This document shows, piece by piece, positions 42,321 through 52,617 of a stretch of 64,000 nt of DNA (position 1 is the first letter of the stretch; each line of letters opens with the position of its first letter). The notes beneath the pieces were generated by a model, which was not told where the DNA came from, did no database searches, and saw nothing but the letters and a program-made list of their open reading frames with translations. Source of the stretch: Acidobacteriaceae bacterium. GTDB taxonomy: Bacteria > Acidobacteriota > Terriglobia > Terriglobales > Acidobacteriaceae. The stretch is from assembly GCA_035482415.1 (NCBI GenBank), contig DATHQT010000057.1:105944-169943 (forward strand). Direction: 5' to 3'. The position numbers were made by a program, and so were the translations under genes.

Positions 42321-43892
42321 ATGCGCCGATCCATTGCATCTCGAAGCTCCGCCATCCACGTCAGCCTTGTACTCTTCGCGTGCATCAGTTATGGCGCGCA
42401 TGCGCAAGACAACGCCTCCGCTTCCTCGCTGCCCGCGCCGGTAACCTTTACGGCTGCGCAGGATCATCAGAACATGATGGATCAACTTGGCATCAAGCGG
42501 CTCCGGCCCGGGCCAAGCGGTAATGAAAAAGCACCCGACCACGCGAACTATGAGGAGGCGGTCGCGAACCCTTATCCACACCTTCCCGACGCGCTCCTGC
42601 TGAACAATGGCCAGCCCGTAACGACCGCGAAGGAATGGTGGGAGGTACGACGGCCTCAGATCGTGCACGCATTTGAAGAGAATGTTTATGGCAAAGTTCC
42701 GGCCGACGTGCCCACGGTCCACTGGACCGTAGCGGCGATCGATCACGAGATCATTGGCGGCCACCCGGTCATCGCGAAGGCCTTAGTTGGACAGGTGGAC
42801 AACTCTGCCTACCCGCAGATCTCCGTCACCATTCACATGACGCTGGTTCTCCCGGCGAGCGCGACCGGCCCGGTGCCGGTCCTCATGATGTTCGGCCGAG
42901 CAGGCTTTCCTGCACCCAACCAGCCTTCGACCGACGAGCTTGCAAAAATCAACGCGGCCGAAAAAGCGCTCCTCGTGCAGCAGGATCCTTCTCTCAAACA
43001 AGTCTTCGCCGATCATCCCGCGTGGGAACCAAACCTTCCTGTGCCCTTCGAGTTTCCTCAGTTCAATGCCGACGGCGATCCGCCCAACACCTGGGAACTC
43101 ATCGCAGCCGGTTGGGGCTTCGTCACCATTGACCCACAGAGCATCCAGGCCGACAACGGAGCAGGTCTCACCCGAGGCATCATCGGTCTCGTCAACAAAG
43201 GGCAGCCGCGCACACCCGATCAATGGGGTTCGCTGCGGGCCTGGGCGTGGGGCGCCGGACGCGGCCTCGACTACCTGGCGACCGATCCCGCGGTCGATGC
43301 CAAACACATCGGAATCGAAGGCGTCTCCCGCTACGGAAAGGCTGCCCTCGTGACCATGGCCTTCGATCAGCGCTTCGCCATGGTGCTGGTTGGCTCGTCC
43401 GGCAAAGGTGGTGCAACGCCACTGCGCCGCAACTTCGGAGAAGCGGTTGAGAGCCTGACATCGGATGGGGAATACCACTGGATGGCGGGCAACTTCCTGA
43501 AGTATGGAGCCGTGGACGCCAGCTTCGGAAGCAAGACTCCCGGCGATCTTCCTGTCGACTCCAACGAGTTGATTGCCTTGTGCGCGCCGCGCCTGACCTT
43601 TATCAGCTACGGAATTCCAGAGAAGGGCGATGCAAAGTGGCTCGATCAGCGCGGAAGCTACATGGCTACCGTTGCGGCGAGTCCAGTCTTTACGCTGCTT
43701 GGCGTCAAGGGCCTTGGTGTGGACGAGGACTATCACACCGCCAAGATGCCGCCCGTGAATGATGGCCTGCTGGACGGACATCTTGCGTGGCGCCAGGACG
43801 ATGGCGGCCATACCGACGCGCCCAACATGAAATATTTCATCCAGTGGGTCGACAAGGCCGTCGGCTACGGCAACGCAACATCTCAAAACTAG
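42321..43892 (+). CDS. Secreted carbohydrate esterase family 15-like (glucuronoyl esterase) candidate
   Basis: Signal peptide SAIHVSLVLFACISYGAHAQ. The N-terminal region is typical of CE15 (PDALLLNNGQPVTTAKEWWEVRRPQIVHAFEENVYGKVP). The nucleophile motif GVSRYGKAAL compares with CE15 G-C-S-R-x-G-K. Confidence 0.6.
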   Translation: MRRSIASRSSAIHVSLVLFACISYGAHAQDNASASSLPAPVTFTAAQDHQNMMDQLGIKRLRPGPSGNEKAPDHANYEEAVANPYPHLPDALLLNNGQPVTTAKEWWEVRRPQIVHAFEENVYGKVPADVPTVHWTVAAIDHEIIGGHPVIAKALVGQVDNSAYPQISVTIHMTLVLPASATGPVPVLMMFGRAGFPAPNQPSTDELAKINAAEKALLVQQDPSLKQVFADHPAWEPNLPVPFEFPQFNADGDPPNTWELIAAGWGFVTIDPQSIQADNGAGLTRGIIGLVNKGQPRTPDQWGSLRAWAWGAGRGLDYLATDPAVDAKHIGIEGVSRYGKAALVTMAFDQRFAMVLVGSSGKGGATPLRRNFGEAVESLTSDGEYHWMAGNFLKYGAVDASFGSKTPGDLPVDSNELIALCAPRLTFISYGIPEKGDAKWLDQRGSYMATVAASPVFTLLGVKGLGVDEDYHTAKMPPVNDGLLDGHLAWRQDDGGHTDAPNMKYFIQWVDKAVGYGNATSQN

Positions 43893-43952
43893 ATCAGCAT
43901 TCGGCAGCCCGCGGGCCCGCAAAGCCGCGCTGCGCACCCAGAGAGGGAACCC

Positions 43953-45038
43953 ATGGACCGCCGCCAATTCGCAAAGACTTCCGCGTTCGCACTCGCTGCC
44001 ACGCATCTTCCATCCTTCGCCCAGGCACCCGCGGCGCAAAAACCCGTAGGGTTCGCCGCGGTGGGCCTTGGAACAATCTCGGACATCTTCATGCGTGCCT
44101 GCGCCAACTCGCAGTCCGCGAAGATCACCGCGCTCGTCACCGGCCATCCCACGGAGAAGGGAAGCAAGTACGCTGAGATGTACGGCATCCCGAAGAGTTC
44201 CATCTACACGTACGAGCAATATGAACGCCTCGCTGAGAACAAAGAGGTCGACGCGGTCTACATCGGGTTGCCCAACAGCATGCATTGCGAGTACACCGTG
44301 CGTGCCGCGCGAATCGGCAAGCATGTGCTCTGCGAGAAGCCGATGGCTATCTCAAGCGTGGAATGCCGCACCATGATCCAGGAGTGCCGCACCGCGAACG
44401 TAAAACTCATGATCGCCTATCGCGTTCACTTCGATCCCACCTGGCAACAGGCGATGCAGATCATTGACTCCGGCGGCATTGGCGACATCCAGTCGTTTCA
44501 GGGAGGATTCTTCAACCAGCAACGCGCAGGCGCCTGGAGGCTCAGCCGCAAGCTTGGCGGCGGCGGCTCCGTGCTCGATGTCGGCATCTACCCGCTCAAC
44601 GCGATCCGTCACCTCACGCGCGAGGAGCCCACCAGTTACACGGCCGTCGTCTCGACCCGCGACTTCAGTGGCCGCTTCGCGGAGGTTGAGCAATCGGTGG
44701 AGTGGACCATGAAGCTCCCCTCCGGCATCATCGCCTCCTGCGGCTCTTCCTACGGCCAGAGCGCTCCAGGCTTCTTGACGATCAATGGTGACAAGGGCTA
44801 TCTCCAGTTGCAGCCTGCGTTCCTCTACGATGGCGTGCAGCTGGTCGGCCGCGTCAACGGGGAGCCGATCGATGTGCTCGGCACCGGCAAGGCTCCGTTC
44901 CAGTTCGCTTTGGAAGCAGAACATTTCGCCGACTGCATTCGCCACAACAAACGCCCCGAATCGCCCGGCGAAGAAGGCCTCAAGGACATGCTCGCGATCG
45001 AAGCTATCTACAAAGCCGCAGGTACACCGATCGCGTGA
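43953..45038 (+). CDS. Tat-exported Gfo/Idh/MocA oxidoreductase (glucose-fructose oxidoreductase-like)
   Basis: Twin-arginine leader MDRRQFAKTSAFALAA. Rossmann VGFAAVGLGTISD. AVYIGLPNSMHCEYTVRAARIGKHVLCEKPMA. Confidence 0.8.
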   Translation: MDRRQFAKTSAFALAATHLPSFAQAPAAQKPVGFAAVGLGTISDIFMRACANSQSAKITALVTGHPTEKGSKYAEMYGIPKSSIYTYEQYERLAENKEVDAVYIGLPNSMHCEYTVRAARIGKHVLCEKPMAISSVECRTMIQECRTANVKLMIAYRVHFDPTWQQAMQIIDSGGIGDIQSFQGGFFNQQRAGAWRLSRKLGGGGSVLDVGIYPLNAIRHLTREEPTSYTAVVSTRDFSGRFAEVEQSVEWTMKLPSGIIASCGSSYGQSAPGFLTINGDKGYLQLQPAFLYDGVQLVGRVNGEPIDVLGTGKAPFQFALEAEHFADCIRHNKRPESPGEEGLKDMLAIEAIYKAAGTPIA

Positions 45039-46132
45039 GAACACTCTTCCAGGAAAGTTGGCGTCCAAGAATGCGAACTCTACCATTCACCCGTGGCGTG
45101 CTTGGCGCGTGCGCGTCAATCGCCGCCATCGCGGCGCTGCCTCGGACTCTCCCGCTCATGCCGCACGTGCTCGCGGCAGCATCCCAGGCTAGTCCCTCCT
45201 TGCAACCTGAGATCCTTCGCCTCGACCCGGCGCTTGATGCAATCATCGCCCCGGGAACGAAGATCGAAAAAGTTGCCGACACCTTCAAGTTCACCGAAGG
45301 TCCCATGTGGTACGAAGGCCGCCTATGGATCTCTGACGTGGTAGGCGACAAGACCTATGCGGTATCGGCCGACGGCGTCGTGCAACTGCTGGTCGACAAG
45401 TCCGGAGGCTACCCCAATCCCCCTGTCGGATCGTATCTCGGTCCCAATGCCATGGTGACGGACAAGGACGGCACCGTGCTGCTCGCCCAGCAGGGTGGCC
45501 GGCAGATTGTGCGCATCGTGCGCGTCGGAGATCACCTGGAGCTTCGGCCGTTCCTCTCCACCTATGACGGTAAGAAGTTCAACAGCCCGAACGACCTCGT
45601 CTTCGCTCCGGACGGCTCGCTGTGGTTTACCGATCCTTCCTATGGCCTCGCTCTCGGCGATAAGGACCCCGCAAAGGAATTTCCGTTCAACGCCGTCTTC
45701 CGCTTCGCACACGGAAAGCTGACGCCGGTGATCAAAAACCTTACCCTGCCCAACGGGATCGGTTTTTCGCCCGACGGAAAGATTCTCTACGTCTCGAACT
45801 CCGGCCCGGACCTGTGCGTGATGCGCTACGACGTGCTCCCGGACGGCTCCGTCTCCGCCGGCGTCAAGCTCATCGACTACCCCCACCCCATCGGTAGCGG
45901 AGTCCCCGACGGCCTCAAGGTCGACGCGGCAGGGAATATCTGGAGCACCGGCCCGGGCGGCGTTCGCATCATCGCTCCCTCCGGCAAAGTCCTCGGTCAA
46001 ATTCGACTGCCCCAGACTGCAGCCAATCTCGCCTTTGCAGATCGCGGCACGACGGTTTACATTACGGCGCAGACCACGGTCTATCGCATCCACGTCGTCA
46101 CGCCAGGAGAGATGCCGCTCTACCAGCGATAG
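45035..46132 (+). CDS. SMP-30/gluconolactonase/LRE-family lactonase
   Basis: FTEGPMWYEGRLWISDV, NSPNDLVFAPDGSLWFTDPSYG, PNGIGFSPDGKILYVSN. The GTG start overlaps the upstream stop (GTGA); an alternative ATG is at 45071. Confidence 0.8.
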   Translation: MRTLFQESWRPRMRTLPFTRGVLGACASIAAIAALPRTLPLMPHVLAAASQASPSLQPEILRLDPALDAIIAPGTKIEKVADTFKFTEGPMWYEGRLWISDVVGDKTYAVSADGVVQLLVDKSGGYPNPPVGSYLGPNAMVTDKDGTVLLAQQGGRQIVRIVRVGDHLELRPFLSTYDGKKFNSPNDLVFAPDGSLWFTDPSYGLALGDKDPAKEFPFNAVFRFAHGKLTPVIKNLTLPNGIGFSPDGKILYVSNSGPDLCVMRYDVLPDGSVSAGVKLIDYPHPIGSGVPDGLKVDAAGNIWSTGPGGVRIIAPSGKVLGQIRLPQTAANLAFADRGTTVYITAQTTVYRIHVVTPGEMPLYQR

Positions 46133-46564
46133 AGGCACGCACCCTATTCCGGACGCGTTTTCCACCGAATCCATCGCGCCCATCCGCCCAGGCCCAGACT
46201 AATCGATTAAGTAGACGTTCCCGGAGATCCGGGCGGAGTCACCGGAAAAGCGAATTGCCCTGTGCAAAATTCTGTCGCTCCTGGTTTGAAATTGAGCATT
46301 GGCTCGACGGTCGATGGTCTCTCATAAACTGTTCTCCTGCAAATAGTTACAAGGAGCGTAACTCCCCGCACGTAGCTCTCGCCTGTGTACGGAACCTGAT
46401 CGTGTTCCAGCTTTCCTAAAGCCCTTTAAGAAATAGATTGACAACCCTACATTGAGGTCTGTAAAGAATGGTGCGGCATTAAATCGCATTAATAGATGCA
46501 AATGAATGTGTATGGGCTTTCAACCGAACGACTTAAAAGAGGCCGTATGAACTCTGGAGGTAGT

Positions 46565-49500
46565 ATGCAAATGAATCACAGGAAGATGGAGCAGGGCCGA
46601 AGCGATAGCCTGAATGCTCCAGCCAATGTGCTGACGACGAAACTTCGTCGCGGCAACTGGCTTAGCTTGGGAGCGGGACTGTTGGCAACACTCCTGCTGC
46701 TATTCGCTCTACCCGCACTGCACGCTCAAACGACCGCGCAGATCTCTGGCCTGGTCACCGACACCACCGGCGCCGTCATCCCCGGCGCGACCGTCACCCT
46801 GGTCAACGAGGCCACGCAGGACAACCGCGTCGTCAAGTCCAACGGCGATGGACTCTACTCCTTCCCCGCTTTGCTGCCTTCCTCCTACACCATCAAGGTG
46901 ACGGCGAAAGGTTTTGAACCAAAGAGCCTCACGGGCCTCATCCTGCACGCAGGTGACGAGCGTTCGATTCCGGCATTTGCCCTAACCATCGGTTCCGAGA
47001 CCCAGACCGTAACCGTCGAAGCCTCCGGCGAGATGATCCCGCAGGATAACGGCGCGCGTTCCGACGTTCTCACCTCCAAAGACATCGAGAACCTGGCTCT
47101 CGAAGGCCGCGATACGACGGAACTCTTGAAGGTTCTTCCGGGCGCGGTCACGATGTCGGGTGGACTCACGCAAAATAATCCCTCCTTCAGCGATCTCAGC
47201 ATTTCGGCGAACGAAAGCGCCATCGGCACCGGCATCGCTCTCAATGGCGTTCCGAACCGCGGCGGTACGGCTCTCCTTTCGGACGGCGTCAGTGTTCTCG
47301 ACCCGGGCGACATGGCAAGCTCGATCGGCATCATCAACCCCGAAATGACGGCTGAGGTCAGCGTCCAGACCTCCAACTTCGGCGCCTATGTGCAGAACGG
47401 TCCAGTCGTCGTCAGCGCCATCAGTAAGTCTGGTACGTCACACCTCCATGGAACTGCGTACTTCGTTGCCCGCAACGATATCTTCAACGCCAACGGCTGG
47501 CAGCAGAATCACCAGGGAATTCCCAAGGCGGGTGCCCACTACTACTATCCCGGCGGCAACATCGGCGGCCCTGTCCCCTTCACGCACGACAAGGCCTTCA
47601 TCTGGGGCGGCTATGAGCGCTTCCTGCAGAACCCCGGTAACGGCAACATCCTGGAGTCGTACATCCCCTCTCCGGAGATGATGAAGGGCGATTTCAGCAC
47701 CGACAACGCAGACAACAACATCCTCTGCCCCAATGGCTTCTCTTCTACGGCCCAGGGTAACTGGTGCAACAACCTCGCCGGCATGGTCCTTCCGGACGGC
47801 ACAGCCATCACTCCTGGACCAGGCACCACCGGTTCCATCATCCCTTCGCAATACATCGATCCGGGCGCGGCGGCATTGGCATCTTTCTGGCCGAAAGCCA
47901 ACGCCAACCCTGCAACCACTGCTGGCGGGTACAACTATTACGCTCCCGTCGTTGCCCCCAACAATGGTTGGGTCTATCGCATTCGTATGGACTACAACCT
48001 CAACGACAGCAATAAATTCTACGTTTCCTATCAACAGGCCTACAGCTCAACACTCGCTCAAGGCAATGGCGCTCACATCTACTGGACCCCCGGGAATTCC
48101 ATTCCTGCCCCCGGCGGTGGCTTGGTCGGCCAGGTCTTTACTAAGTCGATCTCCGGTCACTTTGTTCACACCTTCTCCGCTACCACCACCAACGAATTCA
48201 TCGCGGCTTGGGGCTTCGGCAGCTTCCCCTTCGGACCTCCAAACCCGAAGGCTGCTTATAAGAGCACGCTGGGCTATACCTACGGATCCGTCTTCAACGC
48301 TTCGCAGCTGATTCCGTCTTACAGTTCCGCAGGTACCGACACCTTCCCCGACTTCTCGCAGGGTGATTGGTTCGAGCCCAACGGATATTACCTGGTCCGC
48401 AAGGAAGTCCCCAGCTTCACGGATAACTTCACCAAGGTCTGGGGTGCGCACACGCTCAAGATCGGTGCCTATACCCAGAACACCGGCAACCTGCAGGGCA
48501 ATGATGGTGTGAGCCCGAACGGAAGCATCAACAGCTTCAGTGGTAAAAACCCGAACGCCTTCACCGGAATCAGCACCGGTTCGCCTAACAATCCCGATGC
48601 GAACTTCTTCATCGGCAACGTCTCGAGCTACACGGAAAGCAATTCGGCTCCGGTTAGCGATATGGCTTACCAGAACACGGCCGTATATGTTGACGATTCC
48701 TGGAAGGTCAACAGAAAGCTGAACGTCGAACTCGGCGCTCGTATCGAGCACGTAGGTCACTGGTACGATCGCGAGGGCACTGGTATGGCGGTGTTCCTCC
48801 CAGGCCGCGTCTTCTCGGATTACTATTCCGGCAAGATCGACCCGGGTTACTACTGGCACAAGATTGACCCGGGCATCCCTCTAAGCGGACAGCCTAACCG
48901 TTTCGCCTTTGTCTCTCCTCGCTTCGGTGTTTCCTATGATCCGTGGGGAACCGGCAAGACCGTGGTCCGCGGAGGTTGGGGCGTCTATCGCTTTGCTGGA
49001 CAATACAACGATTACGCCGCTGCGCTGACCACCGCACAGGCCGTCGTCAACTACAGCTTGCCGGGGCAGAAGACTGTTCAACTCAGTCAGATCGCCAATC
49101 TGAAGTCTCAGCCTTGCACCACGCCTCCTTGCGGGATCAGCGGCGGGCAGAATGGATTGGATGCCAATGATTATGGCGTGCCAATCACCTACGCCTGGAA
49201 CCTGACCATCGATCATCGCTTCAAGTGGAACACGCTTCTGGATATCGCCTACGTCGGCAACACCGCTAGCCAGATCCTGGATAACGGCGAGACGATCCAA
49301 GGCAGTGGTTTCACCGCCCTTGCAGATCAGAACAAGACCCCGATTGGGGCGCTGTTCCTGCCAGATCCTAAGACTGGTATCACCTCCACCAACCCGGAAA
49401 ACGTAGGTACAAACCCAACCACGGGTGCACCCACCGGCAACTCGCTGGCGGACTACCATCCCTTCGGCTATGCCTATGGCACCAACACGGTTGCCATGTC

Positions 49501-50362
49501 GCAAAGCAACCAGTACTCCAACTACAACGGTCTGCAGGCCGCCTATATCAAGGAAACCGGCAAGCTGAACTTCGACTTCAACTTCACGTGGTCGAAGACC
49601 CTGGGAACCGTATTGCAGGCAAACCCCTTCACCGTTCGTGCTGGAAACTACGGGATAGCATCCATTGACCGTCCCTTTGTCTTCAACGCGACCTACCTCT
49701 ACCAGACCGGCGATTTCAATCACTGGGGCAAGATTGGTCATATCCTCCTCAGTGGCTGGACCGTCTCTGGAATCTCAACCTGGCAGGCAGGCGGCAGCTT
49801 GTTGGCCCTTCTCGGCAACAGCGTTCCGAACTTCGGTCTGTCGGAGAGCTACAGCAACAACCCAACCACCAACGGCGTCGGTTCCGGGGTCTCTCAGGCG
49901 ACCTACTACGGTACCGACGAGGGAGGCCTGGCCATCCAGCCAGTGCTTACCTGCAATCCGAACAAGGGTCTTGCGAAGTATCAGCGCCTTCAGGTTAGCT
50001 GCTTTGCAGCACCCACGATCGCTGGTAACAACCAGATCGGCGAGTTCGGTGGTAAGGCTTACCCCCGCATGAGCATGGGTTCGTACTTCGATAATGACCT
50101 TGCTTTCTACAGAACCATCCACATCCACAACACCCAGAACGTCCAGTTCCGCTTCTCAATGTTCGACTGGATGAACCACGCGTTGCCGGAGTTCAGCTCG
50201 TCGAATCAGGTTACCCTGCGGTACCTGGTCGACTACCCAAGCAAGGCCGTCACGCTCAACACCGGCACAGGTGGAACTTCGAAAACGTTCGGATATATGG
50301 ACACAAAGACCGCATATCCGTACGCCCGTATCCTCGAGTTCAACCTGAAGTACACCTTCTAA
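46565..50362 (+). CDS. TonB-dependent receptor with N-terminal carboxypeptidase-regulatory-like domain (Acidobacteria-type)
   Basis: Signal ...LLLLFALPALHAQ. QISGLVTDTTGAVIPGATVTLVNEATQDNRVVKSNGDGLYSFPALLPSSYTIKVTAKGF is a CarboxypepD_reg domain. A plug and a very large barrel follow, with C-terminal ...NLKYTF. GGAGG lies 5 nt upstream of ATG 46565; the track start is 46496. Confidence 0.8.
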   Translation: MQMNHRKMEQGRSDSLNAPANVLTTKLRRGNWLSLGAGLLATLLLLFALPALHAQTTAQISGLVTDTTGAVIPGATVTLVNEATQDNRVVKSNGDGLYSFPALLPSSYTIKVTAKGFEPKSLTGLILHAGDERSIPAFALTIGSETQTVTVEASGEMIPQDNGARSDVLTSKDIENLALEGRDTTELLKVLPGAVTMSGGLTQNNPSFSDLSISANESAIGTGIALNGVPNRGGTALLSDGVSVLDPGDMASSIGIINPEMTAEVSVQTSNFGAYVQNGPVVVSAISKSGTSHLHGTAYFVARNDIFNANGWQQNHQGIPKAGAHYYYPGGNIGGPVPFTHDKAFIWGGYERFLQNPGNGNILESYIPSPEMMKGDFSTDNADNNILCPNGFSSTAQGNWCNNLAGMVLPDGTAITPGPGTTGSIIPSQYIDPGAAALASFWPKANANPATTAGGYNYYAPVVAPNNGWVYRIRMDYNLNDSNKFYVSYQQAYSSTLAQGNGAHIYWTPGNSIPAPGGGLVGQVFTKSISGHFVHTFSATTTNEFIAAWGFGSFPFGPPNPKAAYKSTLGYTYGSVFNASQLIPSYSSAGTDTFPDFSQGDWFEPNGYYLVRKEVPSFTDNFTKVWGAHTLKIGAYTQNTGNLQGNDGVSPNGSINSFSGKNPNAFTGISTGSPNNPDANFFIGNVSSYTESNSAPVSDMAYQNTAVYVDDSWKVNRKLNVELGARIEHVGHWYDREGTGMAVFLPGRVFSDYYSGKIDPGYYWHKIDPGIPLSGQPNRFAFVSPRFGVSYDPWGTGKTVVRGGWGVYRFAGQYNDYAAALTTAQAVVNYSLPGQKTVQLSQIANLKSQPCTTPPCGISGGQNGLDANDYGVPITYAWNLTIDHRFKWNTLLDIAYVGNTASQILDNGETIQGSGFTALADQNKTPIGALFLPDPKTGITSTNPENVGTNPTTGAPTGNSLADYHPFGYAYGTNTVAMSQSNQYSNYNGLQAAYIKETGKLNFDFNFTWSKTLGTVLQANPFTVRAGNYGIASIDRPFVFNATYLYQTGDFNHWGKIGHILLSGWTVSGISTWQAGGSLLALLGNSVPNFGLSESYSNNPTTNGVGSGVSQATYYGTDEGGLAIQPVLTCNPNKGLAKYQRLQVSCFAAPTIAGNNQIGEFGGKAYPRMSMGSYFDNDLAFYRTIHIHNTQNVQFRFSMFDWMNHALPEFSSSNQVTLRYLVDYPSKAVTLNTGTGGTSKTFGYMDTKTAYPYARILEFNLKYTF

Positions 50363-50473
50363 CCCTAACCTTGTGGCCGGGATGCATCTCAATGCCTCCC
50401 GGCCAGACTTTTCAGAGGTGCGGCCATTCCACCGGCCACCCAAGCACCCGCTATCAATTCAGTGCCTCCATCG

Positions 50474-50506
50474 GAGGGTGGCGTTTTCCAGCCACCTTCT
50501 TTTTTT
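50474..50506 (+). terminator. Rho-independent terminator after the TonB-dependent receptor gene
   Basis: 9-bp stem GAGGGTGGC / GCCACCTTC (one G-U pair) with an 8-nt loop, followed by a run of 7 T. It lies inside the track ORF 50373.., which argues for a later start of the next gene. Confidence 0.7.
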
Positions 50507-50573
50507 GTCACGTAAAATAACCGTGAAGCTCGGTTGTCCTTCCCGCCACCACGACGATACAGCTCAATTTTTC

Positions 50574-52595
50574 ATGCATTGGATGCTTTCGATGAACCTC
50601 GTCAAGATGAGCCCGCCACCCGCCGTATTGGCGAGCCTGCTGGTCCTCATTGGCGGCCTTCCCGCACCCGCACAACAGACCCAGGCGCCCGCCACAGCAA
50701 CCGGCGACTCCATCCTGCAACGCCGCTACGACGCTGCGCAGAAGTTCCAGGCAGCCAACGAACTCGATCATGCCGCGCAGCAATACAAGATCTTTATCGC
50801 CGACGCGCTCGGAGAGTTTGCCCTCGGCCACGCCCGCGCCGGCCAGTACGGCAAGGCAGCAAACGACTTCGATACAGCACTCAGCCTGGTCCCTGATTTT
50901 CCCGCGATGAAGATTCAATACGCCCGTGTCGCGCTGGACAGCGGTAATCTCGACCACGCAAAACTCCTGGCCTCCGGCGTAATTCAGAACTATCCCAACA
51001 ACCCGAAGGTCGCAGCCGATGCCCATGCGATTCTTGGGCGCGTCCTTCTGAAAGCCAACGAAGACACCAAAGCCAGGCAGGAATTCGAAGCCGCGGTCGC
51101 CCTGGATCCGACCTTCGAAAATGGCTACGAGCTAGCCGTCGCCGATCTCGATCTCGGCGATGGTCCAGGCGCTTCGAAGATCTTCTCCGAAATGCTGTCC
51201 TCCTTCGGCGATACAGCGCCCATCCACATGTACTTCGGCCAGGCCTACGGCCGCTCTGATTTTCAGGACGACGCCGTCGCCGAGTTCACCAAGGCCATCG
51301 CCAAAGACGACAAGCTGCCCGGCGTCCATTACTCCCTCGCCGCCGCCTATCTCTCCACCTCCGGCAACTCGAAACTTCCCGAGGCTGAAGCCGAGCTGAA
51401 GAAAGAGATCGCCATCTCGCCAAAATACGCAGCAGCGTACGCGGCTCTCGGCCATCTGCTGGCCCAACAGCATGACCCTGCCGCGCAGCTCGAAGCGGAG
51501 ACTGATCTCAAGCGTGCGACCGAGCTCGCCCCCACCAGTCCCGACGGATTCCTCTACCTGGGCCAGTTCTACTCGGACGCTCACAAGCTTCCCGAAGCAG
51601 AAGCCGCTCTTCGTCAGTCCATCGCCCTCACCAACGACGTCTCGCGAAATGCATACCAGGTGCAGAAGGCGCACTATCTCCTCGGACGCCTCCTCATGCA
51701 AACTGGCCAACCCGAGGAAGGGAAGAAGGAGATCGCGATCTCACAATCGCTGCTGCAGCAAAATCTTCAGCGCGACCAGAATCAGCTATCCGATTATCTG
51801 CAGACCAAACGGGCCGCGCAGACCGCCTCCACGCTCGCTCCCGAGATGCCCATGACGGTCGAAGATCACACCGTCGATCCCGAAGCCGAACACCAGGTGG
51901 AGCAACTCGAAAAGCAACTTGGTCCCGCCATCGCCGACAGCTACAACAACCTTGGCGCGATTGCCGGCAGCCAGGGCAACTATGTTGCTGCATTGCAGTC
52001 CTTCGAACGTGCCGCCGAGTGGAACTCTGCATTGCCCGGCCTCGATGTCAACTGGGGGCGTGCGGCTTTCTCAGCAGGCGCCTTCGCTCAAGCTGTCGTT
52101 CCACTGAGCCACTATCTGCAGGCCCACCCAACCGATAAAGACGTGCGTGCCGAGCTCGGCCTTAGCCAGTTCTCCATCAAGGACTACGCCGCCGCGCGCC
52201 AGACATTAGAACCCCTCAACGATCCTTCAAGCGAAGCTCCGCGCCTTCAGTTCGCCTACGCTGCCTCCTTGATCGAGACTGGCGACACAAGCACCGGCGT
52301 AGCCCAGTTGCTCGCCTTGGAGAAGGCAAATCCAAACGTCGGCGAAGTTCACCGGGCACTCGGCGAAGCCTACTCAAAACAGAAATCCGCAGGCGCCGCA
52401 ACCGAACTGGAGACCGCAATTCGCCTCGACCCCTCCGACGCCGACGCGCACGTCGCGCTCGCCCGCCTCCGTTTGGCGCAGGGAAACAAGTCGGCTGCTA
52501 TCACCCAGTTCCAAGCTGCCCTGAAGCTTGAGCCCGGAAACCAATCCCTGCAAAAAGAACTCGCGGATGTCCCGGGCGCCACTGCCCATCACTAG
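50574..52595 (+). CDS. Exported TPR-repeat protein
   Basis: Signal MSPPPAVLASLLVLIGGLPAPAQQ, then many TPR-like units (e.g. AAYAALGHLLAQQHDPAAQLEAETDLKRATELAPTSPDGFLYLGQFY). The start lies somewhere among ATG 50574/50583/50592/50607. Confidence 0.7.
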   Translation: MHWMLSMNLVKMSPPPAVLASLLVLIGGLPAPAQQTQAPATATGDSILQRRYDAAQKFQAANELDHAAQQYKIFIADALGEFALGHARAGQYGKAANDFDTALSLVPDFPAMKIQYARVALDSGNLDHAKLLASGVIQNYPNNPKVAADAHAILGRVLLKANEDTKARQEFEAAVALDPTFENGYELAVADLDLGDGPGASKIFSEMLSSFGDTAPIHMYFGQAYGRSDFQDDAVAEFTKAIAKDDKLPGVHYSLAAAYLSTSGNSKLPEAEAELKKEIAISPKYAAAYAALGHLLAQQHDPAAQLEAETDLKRATELAPTSPDGFLYLGQFYSDAHKLPEAEAALRQSIALTNDVSRNAYQVQKAHYLLGRLLMQTGQPEEGKKEIAISQSLLQQNLQRDQNQLSDYLQTKRAAQTASTLAPEMPMTVEDHTVDPEAEHQVEQLEKQLGPAIADSYNNLGAIAGSQGNYVAALQSFERAAEWNSALPGLDVNWGRAAFSAGAFAQAVVPLSHYLQAHPTDKDVRAELGLSQFSIKDYAAARQTLEPLNDPSSEAPRLQFAYAASLIETGDTSTGVAQLLALEKANPNVGEVHRALGEAYSKQKSAGAATELETAIRLDPSDADAHVALARLRLAQGNKSAAITQFQAALKLEPGNQSLQKELADVPGATAHH

Positions 52596-52617
52596 ATCGT
52601 CACGAGCCGAAACTCCA

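Noticed and set aside
42783-44324. 513-aa antisense ORF spanning the esterase and oxidoreductase genes. Similar long shadow ORFs occur at 53164-54204, 55247-56726, 57291-58121 and 62252-63757.
   Set aside because: All are Arg/His/Gly-rich and low in complexity. They cross boundaries of well-supported genes on the other strand and lack RBS or family motifs.
46438-46467. TTGACA-N18-TAAAGA as a sigma-70 promoter for the TonB receptor
   Set aside because: The -10 matches only 3 of 6 positions and the spacing is long. Acidobacterial promoter consensus is not well enough defined to call this from sequence alone.
46496-46576. 12-nt direct repeat ATGCAAATGAAT at 46496 and 46565
   Set aside because: It is a short repeat at two alternative starts of the same ORF. 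It probably only reflects ambiguity about the start codon, and the second copy has the GGAGG RBS.
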